64,000 nt of DNA from Pirellulales bacterium (GTDB lineage: Bacteria > Planctomycetota > Planctomycetia > Pirellulales > PALSA-1355). Made by a program: the position numbers and the translations under genes. The notes below the pieces were generated by a model. The model was not told the DNA's origin. It saw nothing but the letters and a program-made list of their open reading frames with translations, and did no database searches. Location: contig CAVTBU010000007.1 in assembly GCA_963733035.1 (NCBI GenBank), positions 576,001 to 640,000 of the forward strand, read 5' to 3'. This document shows, piece after piece, positions 20,036 through 29,300 of the stretch (positions within the stretch are counted from its first letter, which is position 1; the number at the start of each line of letters is the position of its first letter).

Positions 20036-20332
20036 CTAATCTTGTGGTATCTCAGGGTTCGGCGGCGGTTGGTACGTGTTCTCAGGTTCATCCCAGGAGT
20101 CGGCGTCGATTAGCCGAATCGTGATTTCGTCACCAATAGCTAATTCTGGCGTCGACCACGTAAAATGCGTGCGCGAGTCGCCCGTGACGATCCCACCGAC
20201 ATTAAAGTCGAGCCGCTCGGGCCTGTTGTTCTTGCATCACACCCAGCTCACTGAAGTTGAGAGGACATCGCTCATTCCTGTACCGGCGATGCACAGCCTC
20301 TTTCCGTTAACGGATATTTCAAACGCGAGCAT
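20036..20332 (-). pseudogene. Small hypothetical protein (98 codons) with one in-frame TGA; absent from the ORF track
   Basis: MLAFEISVNGKRLCIAGTGMSDVLSTSVSWV*CKNNRPERLDFNVGGIVTGDSRTHFTWSTPELAIGDEITIRLIDADSWDEP..., with the TGA at 20237-20239. Confidence 0.6.
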
Positions 20333-20683
20333 TTTGGTCCGTCCTGTTCGTTGCTGCCCCGCATTCTGAGGCTTCTGCGCAAATCCAATCAAGATCGAGT
20401 TTCGCATTCGGCGCTAAACCCGGATCGTTGGAACCACATTATCCCCTGCGAAACGAAGGCGATTGAAATCGGGCCGGCAGTTCGGCTAGCTTAGGGTCGA
20501 GACATTCCGAACTCGATCCGTGGAGGTTTTTGCGATGGTCAAACGGGGGCAAATGCGTGATTTAGGAATCGGAATTGTTCGGTTTTTCGGCCTCCCTTAG
20601 GAATGAAAAGAAACACAAAACGCGCAGCTCGAAAACCGAGCCACTCGAAAACTTTCGGAATTCCGAAGCGGGCCACGGGCCGC

Positions 20684-22690
20684 CTATTTCTTCCGTGTGG
20701 CGAGCGACACGACCACCAGCACGAGGAAGCCGAGCGGTATGGTGACGATGCCTGGCTGGCTGAACGGCACGGGGGCACGCTCGGCCGGCAGGCCGTATAC
20801 GGCGGTGTAGGTATCGCCGCTTAGCAGGATCCAGGCCAGCGAGGCGGTCATGCCGACCAGGATCGCGGCCGTGATCCCTTGCCGCGTGGTCCCCTTCCAG
20901 AACAGCAGCATCACCAGCGACGGCAAATTGGCACTGGCCGCGACGCTAAACGCCCAGCCGACCAGAAAGCTGACGTTCATCCGCTGAAACACGATGCCCA
21001 GCACAATGGCCAGCACGCCCACCACGGCCGCCGTCAACTTGCCGGCCCGCACCTTCTCGTGGTCGGTCAACTGCAAGCGGCCCACGCTGGTGAGCAGGTC
21101 GTGCACGACCGCGCCGGCGGCCGCCACGATCAATCCGCTCACCGTGCCGAGCACGGTGGTGAAGGCAATGGCCGAAATCATGGCGAACAGCAGCGGCCCA
21201 AAACTCTTGGCCAACAGCGGCGCGGCCATGTTGTTGTTGGAACTCGTCGGATCGATCACGCCGCTGGTCATTGCCCCCAGCCCCAAGAACAGCGTGAGCA
21301 GATAGAAGAACCCAATGCTGCCGATGCCCACCACCGTGCTCTTGCGGGCGGCGGCCTGGTCTTTAACCGTGTAGTAGCGAATGAGGATATGCGGCAGCGA
21401 CGCCGTGCCGCCGAACAGCGCCAGCATCAGCGACAGGAAGTTGAGCTTGGGAATCAGCGCGTTGCCGCGGATGCCGTTGAACGTGGGGCTCTTGCCGGGC
21501 AACAATACGTCGCTACCGGCCGTAAGCTCGGGATAGTAGATCGTGGTCGTGCCCGCCCCGCCCTCGAGACCAGCGGCAATCTTCCGCGGGTCCTGCTTCC
21601 ACAGCAGGATCTGGCTGCCTTCGAGCGTGCGAAAGAACGAGATCGGCCCCAGCGGACCGGTTTGCGTGGCGCCGCCGGGCAGCCGTTCGATATTGCCGAC
21701 GGGAAAGAAGTCGGTTTCGCCTTGACCAGTTCCATGCGGCAGCCCGTTGACGAGCCGCTGACCGTCGGGCAGCACGGTGAGGGTTTGGGTTTCGTAGTAG
21801 CGGACGAGGTGCCGGTCAACCGCTGGTCTCCCCGCATCGTTGTCGTTCACGACCGCGTCTTCGGCGACGGGCGACTCATGCCAGACGGTTACAACGCCGG
21901 TCTTCAAATCGCGCGTGCGGAGATAGTGAGTGTCATTCCAGGCGCCGCCGGCCGGCAGGAGTTCGACGCCGTCGAGTCCCAGTTCGGCCGGCGTGAGCGC
22001 TGCAGTTGGCGACGAGAACGGTACGGAATTGGTCAGCCGCGGCACGTGAAAGCCGGGGTTGGTCGGCTGTGTGGAGAGTCCACGGTTGAGAATCAGCAGG
22101 GTGAGGATGGCGCTGAACACCACCAGCAGCGAACCTTTAAGGAACTGTACGTAGGTCGTGGAGACCATGCCCGCGGTAACAACGATCAGCATCACCACGG
22201 CGCCCACCATCGTCACGCCGACCCAATGCGGCAGTCCCAAAAGTGGCGTCACCAACGCGCCGGCACCAACCATCTGCGGAATGAGGTAAAAGATGCTGAC
22301 GGCCAGCGTGCTGATGCCGGCCGAAAGCTTGATGGCCCGCGATTGGAAGCGGCTGTCGAGCGCGTCGGCAAACGTGTAGCGGCCAAGTCGTTTGAGGGGT
22401 TCGGCGACGACGAACAGCGCCACGATCCAACCGGCCAGGTAGCCGATCGAATAGAGAAAGCCGTCGTAGCCATAGGAAGCGATCATGCCACAGATGCCCA
22501 GAAACGATGCGGCCGAGAGATAGTCGCCGGCAAACGCCACGCCGTTGACAAACCAGTGAATCGAGCCGCCTGCGGCAAAATAGCCAGCTGCCGAACGCGT
22601 GCGGGCAGCGAAGTAAAAGCTCAAACCGAGCGTAATGGCGACGAACGCGGCGAAGACCGCGACGGCCAGCACCGAGGGCGTGTAGATCAT
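20684..22690 (-). CDS. actP: Cation/acetate symporter ActP (sodium:solute symporter family) with a large inserted domain
   Basis: AGDYLSAASFLG, YLIPQMVGAG, GTASLPHIL.RYYTV, SAIAF.TVLGTVSGL and ASANLP; coupled to the DUF485 gene. Confidence 0.88.
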   Translation of the reverse strand: MIYTPSVLAVAVFAAFVAITLGLSFYFAARTRSAAGYFAAGGSIHWFVNGVAFAGDYLSAASFLGICGMIASYGYDGFLYSIGYLAGWIVALFVVAEPLKRLGRYTFADALDSRFQSRAIKLSAGISTLAVSIFYLIPQMVGAGALVTPLLGLPHWVGVTMVGAVVMLIVVTAGMVSTTYVQFLKGSLLVVFSAILTLLILNRGLSTQPTNPGFHVPRLTNSVPFSSPTAALTPAELGLDGVELLPAGGAWNDTHYLRTRDLKTGVVTVWHESPVAEDAVVNDNDAGRPAVDRHLVRYYETQTLTVLPDGQRLVNGLPHGTGQGETDFFPVGNIERLPGGATQTGPLGPISFFRTLEGSQILLWKQDPRKIAAGLEGGAGTTTIYYPELTAGSDVLLPGKSPTFNGIRGNALIPKLNFLSLMLALFGGTASLPHILIRYYTVKDQAAARKSTVVGIGSIGFFYLLTLFLGLGAMTSGVIDPTSSNNNMAAPLLAKSFGPLLFAMISAIAFTTVLGTVSGLIVAAAGAVVHDLLTSVGRLQLTDHEKVRAGKLTAAVVGVLAIVLGIVFQRMNVSFLVGWAFSVAASANLPSLVMLLFWKGTTRQGITAAILVGMTASLAWILLSGDTYTAVYGLPAERAPVPFSQPGIVTIPLGFLVLVVVSLATRKK

Positions 22691-22959
22691 GTCTCGCCTC
22701 GCGCGCGGCACAACCAGCTATAGACAAGCGAAAGGAGCAGTGCGAGCCCGAGCAGACCGAATCCGCTCCAGATGGCCAGGTTGATGCCTGCCCAGGGGCG
22801 CGTCGCCATCGTCTGGGGCGAGAACACGCAAGTCAGCACAAAGGCGGTGTAGCAAGCCGTGTACGCGACAAACAGAATCATGCCCACCCGCGCATTGCGG
22901 CGGGCGATGTGCGGCGCGTCGTCGACTGACGAATCATCGCCGTGATCCCAGTGGGACAT
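22687..22959 (-). CDS. DUF485 (YjcH-like) membrane protein
   Basis: Two transmembrane helices; overlaps the actP start at ATGA, the usual yjcH-actP arrangement. Confidence 0.85.
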   Translation of the reverse strand: MSHWDHGDDSSVDDAPHIARRNARVGMILFVAYTACYTAFVLTCVFSPQTMATRPWAGINLAIWSGFGLLGLALLLSLVYSWLCRARGET

Positions 22960-23167
22960 GGTGGCTGCCTGGGGTTCGGGAGCGGGTTGGATGGCAATAA
23001 GCTAATGCGAGACGCGACCCGTTGCTAGTGGTTGAGCAAAGGGAGCGAAAGATGTGGGAATGCGGGCACAAATCGCGGGCCTGCTACTTTTGGCGAACCC
23101 CTAGCCGCCACGGCCGCTCTTACCTACGCTAGCCTGGGACGACCTGCCGCCAGCCACGTTGACGCCC

Positions 23168-24385
23168 ATGACCACCCTTACCGAGCCAGTACCTGCAACG
23201 CGCCGCGAGACGGTGCTGGCGATCCTGTTCGCTCTGAGCCTCTCGCACCTGCTCAACGACTCGATGCAGTCGCTGTTGCCGGCCGTCTATCCGCTGCTCA
23301 AGGAGAACTACCGGCTCAGCTTCTTTCAGGTGGGGCTGATCACGTTCACGTTCCAGCTCACCGCGTCGCTATTACAACCGCTGGTGGGCATGTTCACCGA
23401 TCGCCATCCGCAGCCCTTTTCGCTGGCCGCCGGCATGTGCTTTACACTAGTGGGGCTGGTGTCGCTCGGATTGGCCGGCAGCTTTGAAGCGATCCTGGTT
23501 TCGGCCGGACTGGTCGGCATCGGTTCGTCCGTGTTCCATCCCGAGGCATCGCGCGTGGCGCGGCTGGCTTCGGGCGGCAGGTACGGCTTCGCCCAATCGC
23601 TGTTTCAAGTGGGGGGCAACGCCGGTTCGTCGCTGGGGCCGCTGCTGGCGGCATTCATCGTCGTGCCGTGGGGACAAGCGAGCCTGGCCTGGTGCTCGGT
23701 GGGCGCAATGCTGGGCATCGGCGTGTTGTCGTATGTCGGAGGCTGGTACCGGGCGCACTTGTCAGAGTTGAAGCTGCGACCGGCGCCGACCGTGGAGATG
23801 GTACGCCAGGCGCTTTCGCCGTGGCGCGTGCGCGGGGCGATCAGCGTGCTGCTGCTCTTGGTGTTCTCCAAGTACTTCTACCTGGTAAGCCTGAGCAGCT
23901 ACTACACGTTCTATCTGATCGACAAATTCGGGGTGTCTGTGCCCACAGCTCAGTTGTATCTGTTCGTGTTCCTAGGCTCGGTCGCCGCCGGCACGTTCGC
24001 CGGCGGACCGGTGGGCGATCGAATCGGTTTCAAAGCCGTGATCTGGGTTTCGATCCTGGGCGTGCTGCCGTTCACACTGGCGTTGCCGTATGCCAATCTG
24101 TTTTGGACCGCGGTGCTCACCGTGCCGATCGGCCTGATTCTGGCATCCGCTTTCTCGGCAATCATCGTCTATGCGCAGGAACTCGTGCCAAGCCGCGTGG
24201 GCATGATTGCCGGCATGTTCTTCGGCTTCGCCTTTGGCATGGCCGGCGTCGGCGCCGCCGTGCTCGGCTGGATGGCCGACCGCTGGGGCATCGACTTTGT
24301 GTACCAGGTCTGTTCCTATTTGCCACTGATGGGACTACTGACCGGGCTACTTCCGAAGCTGGAGGGCCATAGGCATCCGCATTGA
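23168..24385 (+). CDS. fsr: MFS transporter, fosmidomycin-resistance (Fsr) family
   Basis: SHLLND..QSL, QLTASLLQP, SSVFHPEASRVAR.ASGG..G.AQS.FQVGGN and SAFSAI.VYAQEL. Confidence 0.88.
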   Translation: MTTLTEPVPATRRETVLAILFALSLSHLLNDSMQSLLPAVYPLLKENYRLSFFQVGLITFTFQLTASLLQPLVGMFTDRHPQPFSLAAGMCFTLVGLVSLGLAGSFEAILVSAGLVGIGSSVFHPEASRVARLASGGRYGFAQSLFQVGGNAGSSLGPLLAAFIVVPWGQASLAWCSVGAMLGIGVLSYVGGWYRAHLSELKLRPAPTVEMVRQALSPWRVRGAISVLLLLVFSKYFYLVSLSSYYTFYLIDKFGVSVPTAQLYLFVFLGSVAAGTFAGGPVGDRIGFKAVIWVSILGVLPFTLALPYANLFWTAVLTVPIGLILASAFSAIIVYAQELVPSRVGMIAGMFFGFAFGMAGVGAAVLGWMADRWGIDFVYQVCSYLPLMGLLTGLLPKLEGHRHPH

Positions 24386-24493
24386 TGTGTGGGCGAGAGT
24401 TGCCAAGTGGTGGCGGCTTTGGGGGCGATCGTGATTCAGACCGATTGTGGGCTAAACTTTCTTGAACACCGTTGCTTATCGTAAGATGTGGTC

Positions 24494-25402
24494 ATGAAGC
24501 CGGAACCTGCCAGCACTGAGAAGACAGCAAGCGCCCAGCGGATGATGCTGCTCGTGTTGGCCGCCATGGAACGCGCGGAGATGGCCACTGAAGTCGAGCG
24601 GTTGACCCCCTTGATCAAAGCGCATGCCGACATAATCATCCGAGACTTGGGCTCCAGTGACGACTTGTCGCTTTTGGACTTCGACCTGGCCGTGGTACTT
24701 GGCGGCGACGGCTCGATGTTGCGGGCTGCCCATCAAATGGGAAGCCGCCAGCGACCGGTGCTAGGGGTGAACCTGGGGAAGTTGGGTTTCCTGGCCGATC
24801 TTTCGCCCGACGAGTTTCTGGCTCAGTTGCCGACGATTGCGTCGGGTCGGATCGGTTCATCGGAAGTGCCCGTGACGGATCACTTGATGTATGAATGCAG
24901 CGTGTGGCGCCACGGGAAGACACTCGAGCAATTGTCGGGCCTGAACGAAGTGGCTGTGCTGGCCGGTCCACCCTTCGCGCTGTTGGACATCGATCTCTAC
25001 GTTGACTCAGAATTGGTCACTACCTATAGTTGCGACGGCTTAATCGTCAGCACGCCGGTGGGGTCGACCGCCCATAGTTTGTCGGCGGGCGGACCGATCT
25101 TGCGACAGGATTTACAAGCGTTCGTCATCTGCCCAATCAGCCCGCATACGCTCACCAATCGACCTGTGGTCGATTCGGCCGAGCGGGTCTACGAGTTGGT
25201 GGTTCGCGAGCCGCATCCCGGTACGACGCTGGTCGCGGACGGCCGGCCGATGTGCTGCCTCGAATCAGGAGATCGCGTGCGGGTGGAACGCTCGGAGGCA
25301 CGATTTCAACTGGTCGCGTTTCCGGGTCACACGTACTATCGAACGCTGCGAGAGAAGCTGGGCTGGGGAGGCCGATTGGCGGGAAAGAGGACGAGCGGCT
25401 GA
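24494..25402 (+). CDS. nadK: NAD(+)/NADH kinase
   Basis: GGDGS.L, GVN.GKLGFL, LNE and DGLIVSTPVGSTAHSLSAGGP. Confidence 0.95.
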   Translation: MKPEPASTEKTASAQRMMLLVLAAMERAEMATEVERLTPLIKAHADIIIRDLGSSDDLSLLDFDLAVVLGGDGSMLRAAHQMGSRQRPVLGVNLGKLGFLADLSPDEFLAQLPTIASGRIGSSEVPVTDHLMYECSVWRHGKTLEQLSGLNEVAVLAGPPFALLDIDLYVDSELVTTYSCDGLIVSTPVGSTAHSLSAGGPILRQDLQAFVICPISPHTLTNRPVVDSAERVYELVVREPHPGTTLVADGRPMCCLESGDRVRVERSEARFQLVAFPGHTYYRTLREKLGWGGRLAGKRTSG

Positions 25403-25504
25403 AGGCTTGAATGCCTCGGCGGTGTATCCCGACCAACTCGAAATCTCCTCGGTTCCGGCATGGAACGTTCCCGCCAAAACACATTCCTCGAAAGGACGCG
25501 AGTG

Positions 25505-26449
25505 ATGTCGAAGCTCTCCCCCCCTGCCCGAATTTGGGCGACGTTGCTGGTCGTAGTGAGCGGACTCGGGCTTCCGCATTTCCTAAGAGCTGACGATGCG
25601 GCTTCCCCGGCGAAGGCCGACGCGACTACCAACAGCCAGAAGTACGACCTCAAATACAAGTTTAAGCCCGGTGAGGTCCTGACGACCGAAGTGGTGCATC
25701 GGGCCAGCGTTCGAACCACGATTCAGGGGACCACGCAAACCGCTGAGACGCAAAGCAAATCGATCAAGTCGTGGAAGGTCGAGGGAGTCGACGAGACCGG
25801 CGCTGCGACGTTTACACACGTCGTCGACGACATTGAAATGTGGCAGCGCAATAGCGGCCGCCAGGAGGTGCGATACAACAGTCAAAGTGACGAAGCAGTG
25901 CCGCCCGGCTATGAGGAAGTAGCCAAGAGCGTGGGCGTGCCGCTTTCGGTTGTGACCATGGATCCGCGTGGCACGATCCTCAGTCGCAAGGAGACGCGCG
26001 CCCAGCCGATGGGCGTATCCACACAGATGACGATGCCCCTGGCGGATCATCCGATAGCCATTGGCGAAAGCTGGTCGATGCCGATCGATATCGACGTCAC
26101 GCTGACCGATGGTTCGATGAAGAAGGTGAAAACGCGACAGAAGTTTACGCTTGAGAGCGTGGAAGAGGGAATCGCGAAGGTGAAAGTTGACTCGCAAGTG
26201 CTCACGCCGATTCACGATCCGTCGATCGAAGCTCAACTTGTGCAGCGGATGTCCGACGGCTGGGTAAAGTTCGACATCGCGAATGGCCGCGTGCTCTCGC
26301 AACAACTCGATCTCGATAAACACGTGATCGGCTTCAACGGTCCGACGAGCAGCATGCACTATGTGACACGGTTCACCGAAAGGCTCCTCGATGAATCCGA
26401 GGTCAACGCCGCTACCGCCAAGCGCGGCGATTCGAAAAAACGTTCGTAG
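25505..26449 (+). CDS. Secreted beta-rich hypothetical protein (DUF6263-like)
   Basis: Signal peptide; YDLKYKFKPGE, PIAIGESW and FDIANGR. Confidence 0.6.
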   Translation: MSKLSPPARIWATLLVVVSGLGLPHFLRADDAASPAKADATTNSQKYDLKYKFKPGEVLTTEVVHRASVRTTIQGTTQTAETQSKSIKSWKVEGVDETGAATFTHVVDDIEMWQRNSGRQEVRYNSQSDEAVPPGYEEVAKSVGVPLSVVTMDPRGTILSRKETRAQPMGVSTQMTMPLADHPIAIGESWSMPIDIDVTLTDGSMKKVKTRQKFTLESVEEGIAKVKVDSQVLTPIHDPSIEAQLVQRMSDGWVKFDIANGRVLSQQLDLDKHVIGFNGPTSSMHYVTRFTERLLDESEVNAATAKRGDSKKRS

Positions 26450-26523
26450 GGACGGCCGACGTACGTCGTGACAGCGAAGCCGGATTTTCCCCCGATCGAT
26501 GTCGAAGCGCGGTCTTTCGTAAT

Positions 26524-27280
26524 TCAAGTCCGGCTTCGCCCGTTCGACAGGTGTTTTTCGATGCTGAGTCCCATGCTTCGCAGCTTCGCGCGCAATGTGG
26601 TGCGCGAAATTCCCAGCAGCGCGGCCGCCTGCAGCTGATTGCCTTTCGCATAGCCCAGTGCTTCTTGCAGCACGACTTCGTCGACCATTGAAATGATTCG
26701 GCGGTAGGCTCCACCCGGCTCGGTATCGAGCAGTTCGCGAGCGAGGCGCAAGAGCGGGTAGTTCGACACGGTGGTTCGAGCGGTCCGTGACAGCGATGTC
26801 TGTGAAAAGCGGGCTTGCTGGAAAGCGATCGAGTGGAAGCACATCGCCAGCCGCCATCGTGTCATCGTCGGCGTCAGCGTCCGCTGACAAAGCGCCAACG
26901 TTGCTCGGCGTCGATCGGCTCAGGTGAGCAACTTTGATTGCGCGGTCTACCACGCCGCGTAACCGACCCGTGTCGATGGGCTTGACGACGTAGTCGAACG
27001 CTCCGCGTCTCATCGCCTCGATCGCCGTATCGGTATGTTCAGAGGCAGTGATCACTATCACAGGTAACTCTGGCAGCATGCGTCGAATTCGATCGTAGGC
27101 CGCTAATCCGTCCGGCAATGTCAAATCCACGAGAACTACATCGGGCCTTTTGGCCTGCACGATTTTGATGGCATCATGCGGCGTGTGACACGACGTGATG
27201 TGTACCTTTCGCGTACACGAAAGCTCTGTGCACGCTTTCAAGCTACCGCTTTCATCGTCGACAACAAGAATTCGAGGCAT
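26524..27280 (-). CDS. Response regulator REC + Fis-type HTH, NtrC-like but lacking the AAA+ domain (frameshift between about 26750 and 26900)
   Basis: REC domain (ILVVDDE, DLTLP, AIEAMRRGAFDYVVKP) at the start of ORF 25583..27280. HTH GNQLQAAALLGISRTTLRAKL in ORF 26524..26898. No GAFTGA or Walker motifs. Confidence 0.75.
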
Positions 27281-27650
27281 GGTAAACGCGAGCTCAAAGA
27301 GCGATATTTCCTTCCGTGAAATCGCCCGATCGCGGTCACAACGAGCGTTTAATGTTCATTATAATGATCATAGTAATCATGTATTGACTGGCTTTCCTGA
27401 GCACAGTGTGCACATCTGCACGCGGTGTCAGGCTGCCAATGCGCGGACCGCTTACGTGGCTTTGCAAATTGCCGCCCCGGTCGTTTTCGAGGGCTTTTTG
27501 CTCATCGCCAGGCCCTCATCGTGCGACGTCAGCGACGAAAAGCGAGCTCCCATCGCTGCGCGGCTTGGGATGCATGGACCTTTGTCTTGTACACCTCGGT
27601 TTCGACGGATACCACTGGCAATGCATTACAAGTGCGTCAGGTAGCGCGTC

Positions 27651-27665
27651 AGGCATTTCGCTTGC
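27651..27665 (+). promoter_or_regulatory. Second, weaker sigma54-like site
   Basis: AGGCATTTCGCTTGC fits GG-N10-GC. Confidence 0.35.
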
Positions 27666-27866
27666 CGGATAGAATTTGTACATAGGGGATGATGGAGAAC
27701 CGTCGAACATTTACCGCCTCGACGCAACTAAGAGCGATGATCGCAGCGTGACGGAAACCTACGACCTGCTAGCGAGGATGTTTCTCGGTAGACAAGCTGA
27801 CCGGCGAGGGCGACATTGCAAGGACCGTGCCGGAGCAGCGTGGCATCGACCGCGTGGTTCGAGCTC

Positions 27867-27881
27867 TGGCACGGCACTCGC
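27867..27881 (+). promoter_or_regulatory. Candidate sigma54 (-24/-12) promoter of sbtA
   Basis: TGGCACGGCACTCGC fits GG-N10-GC with TGGCACG intact, about 87 nt upstream of the ATG at 27968. Confidence 0.6.
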
Positions 27882-27967
27882 CCGTTTTCGCGTTTCCGCA
27901 TGTAGCAAACTAATGCATCGATTGGCGGAATTCACCGCCAATCATTTGAGACGATTAAGGAGCTGCG

Positions 27968-29278
27968 ATGACCGACTTGCTTAACGAATTCGTCCACAAC
28001 GTTACGCATAATCTTTTCAAGCCCTTGCTATTGTTCTTTTACATGGGCTTTTTGATTCCGGTTCTTCGCGTCTCGTTTGAGTTTCCCTACGTCATCTACC
28101 AGGGACTCACGATGTATCTGCTGATTGCCATCGGTTGGCATGGCGGCGAAGAGTTGGCCAAATTGCCAATATCTTCACTGGGAGAAGCGCTCGGGTTGAT
28201 GGTGATTGGTTTCATTACGAACTTCTGTATTGGGTTTATCGCCTACCAGTGGCTGCGCCGTGGAACGAACTTGCGAAAACTCGACGCTGCTACGGTGGCT
28301 GGATACTACGGATCGGATTCAGCCGGTACTTTCGTAACCTGCGTAGGCGTGTTGACGACGGTTGGAATTGCTTACGATGCCTACATGCCCGTCATGCTCG
28401 CCGTCATGGAGATCCCCGGTTGCCTCGTGGCGCTCTCGTTGGCCGCCCGCCTTCGCAGAAAGGGGCTGGACGCAAACGGCAATGCCTGGGATGAGCCAGG
28501 TTACGAGGGCCGTGCGGTAGCGGCTGTGGCGCAGCATGGGTCGGCCGCGCGGGTTCATCAGACTGCCGCTTCAGGAACTGGTGGCAGGGGACACGGAAGT
28601 GCGACTGCCGTAGCCGAAAACGGCCATGATTCTCACCACGCCGGGAGCGACGACGAGCACCACCGCCAGGTGGAACTCGAAACAGAAATGGCACTCGAGA
28701 AAATCGAGGGGCACGATCCAGAGTCGGATCAAGCTTCTTCCGGTGGCTTCCTCAGCGCGGAGCTTCTGCACGAAGTGTTCTTGAACCCGGGGATCTATCT
28801 GTTGTTTGGGGGCATCGCCATTGGGTTCTTCAGTCAGCTCCAAGGCCAAGCTGTGACGGAGGCGGATGACAAACTATTTGTCGTGCTGTTCCAAGGTATT
28901 TTGTGTCTGTTCTTGCTCGAGATGGGGATAACGGCTTCGAAGCGACTACGCGACCTGCAGTCCGCTGGGTGGAAGTTTATTGTGTTCGGGGTCGCCGCAC
29001 CGAACCTGTTTGCTTCGATCGGCATGTGCGTCCTGCATGTATATGCGATCGCGCTAGGATCGCCGTTCGAATTGGGAACGTACGTGCTGTTTGCCGTCCT
29101 CTGTGCCGCGGCCTCTTATATCGCAGTTCCTGCAGTGCAGCGGTTGGCAATTCCAGAGGCGAGTCCCACGTTGCCGCTGGCCGCCTCGCTTGGCCTGACC
29201 TTTACCTACAACGTGACGATTGGGATTCCAGTTTATATTCTGATCGCCAAGGCCATTACCCAGAACTTCCCCGTGTGA
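27968..29278 (+). CDS. sbtA: Sodium-dependent bicarbonate transporter family permease (SbtA) with a His/acidic-rich central loop
   Basis: LLIAIGWHGG, YGSDSAGTF, LAVMEIPG, FLLEMG, AASYIAVP and SLGLTFTYN. Confidence 0.88.
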   Translation: MTDLLNEFVHNVTHNLFKPLLLFFYMGFLIPVLRVSFEFPYVIYQGLTMYLLIAIGWHGGEELAKLPISSLGEALGLMVIGFITNFCIGFIAYQWLRRGTNLRKLDAATVAGYYGSDSAGTFVTCVGVLTTVGIAYDAYMPVMLAVMEIPGCLVALSLAARLRRKGLDANGNAWDEPGYEGRAVAAVAQHGSAARVHQTAASGTGGRGHGSATAVAENGHDSHHAGSDDEHHRQVELETEMALEKIEGHDPESDQASSGGFLSAELLHEVFLNPGIYLLFGGIAIGFFSQLQGQAVTEADDKLFVVLFQGILCLFLLEMGITASKRLRDLQSAGWKFIVFGVAAPNLFASIGMCVLHVYAIALGSPFELGTYVLFAVLCAAASYIAVPAVQRLAIPEASPTLPLAASLGLTFTYNVTIGIPVYILIAKAITQNFPV

Positions 29279-29300
29279 GTTTAGTGAATTGGGTCAGCAT

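Noticed and set aside
20393..20518. Possible MITE from a short inverted repeat (gatcgagtt...aactcgatc)
   Set aside because: Only 9 bp match, with no target duplication or second copy seen.
23168..24385. Functional link between fsr and the MEP gene dxs
   Set aside because: They are 14 kb apart, fosmidomycin targets Dxr rather than Dxs, and Fsr-family transporters are widespread.
25583..26750. C-terminal two thirds of the 565-aa ORF 25583..27280
   Set aside because: This is read-through caused by the frameshift. It overlaps the real HTH frame and is antisense to the secreted protein gene.
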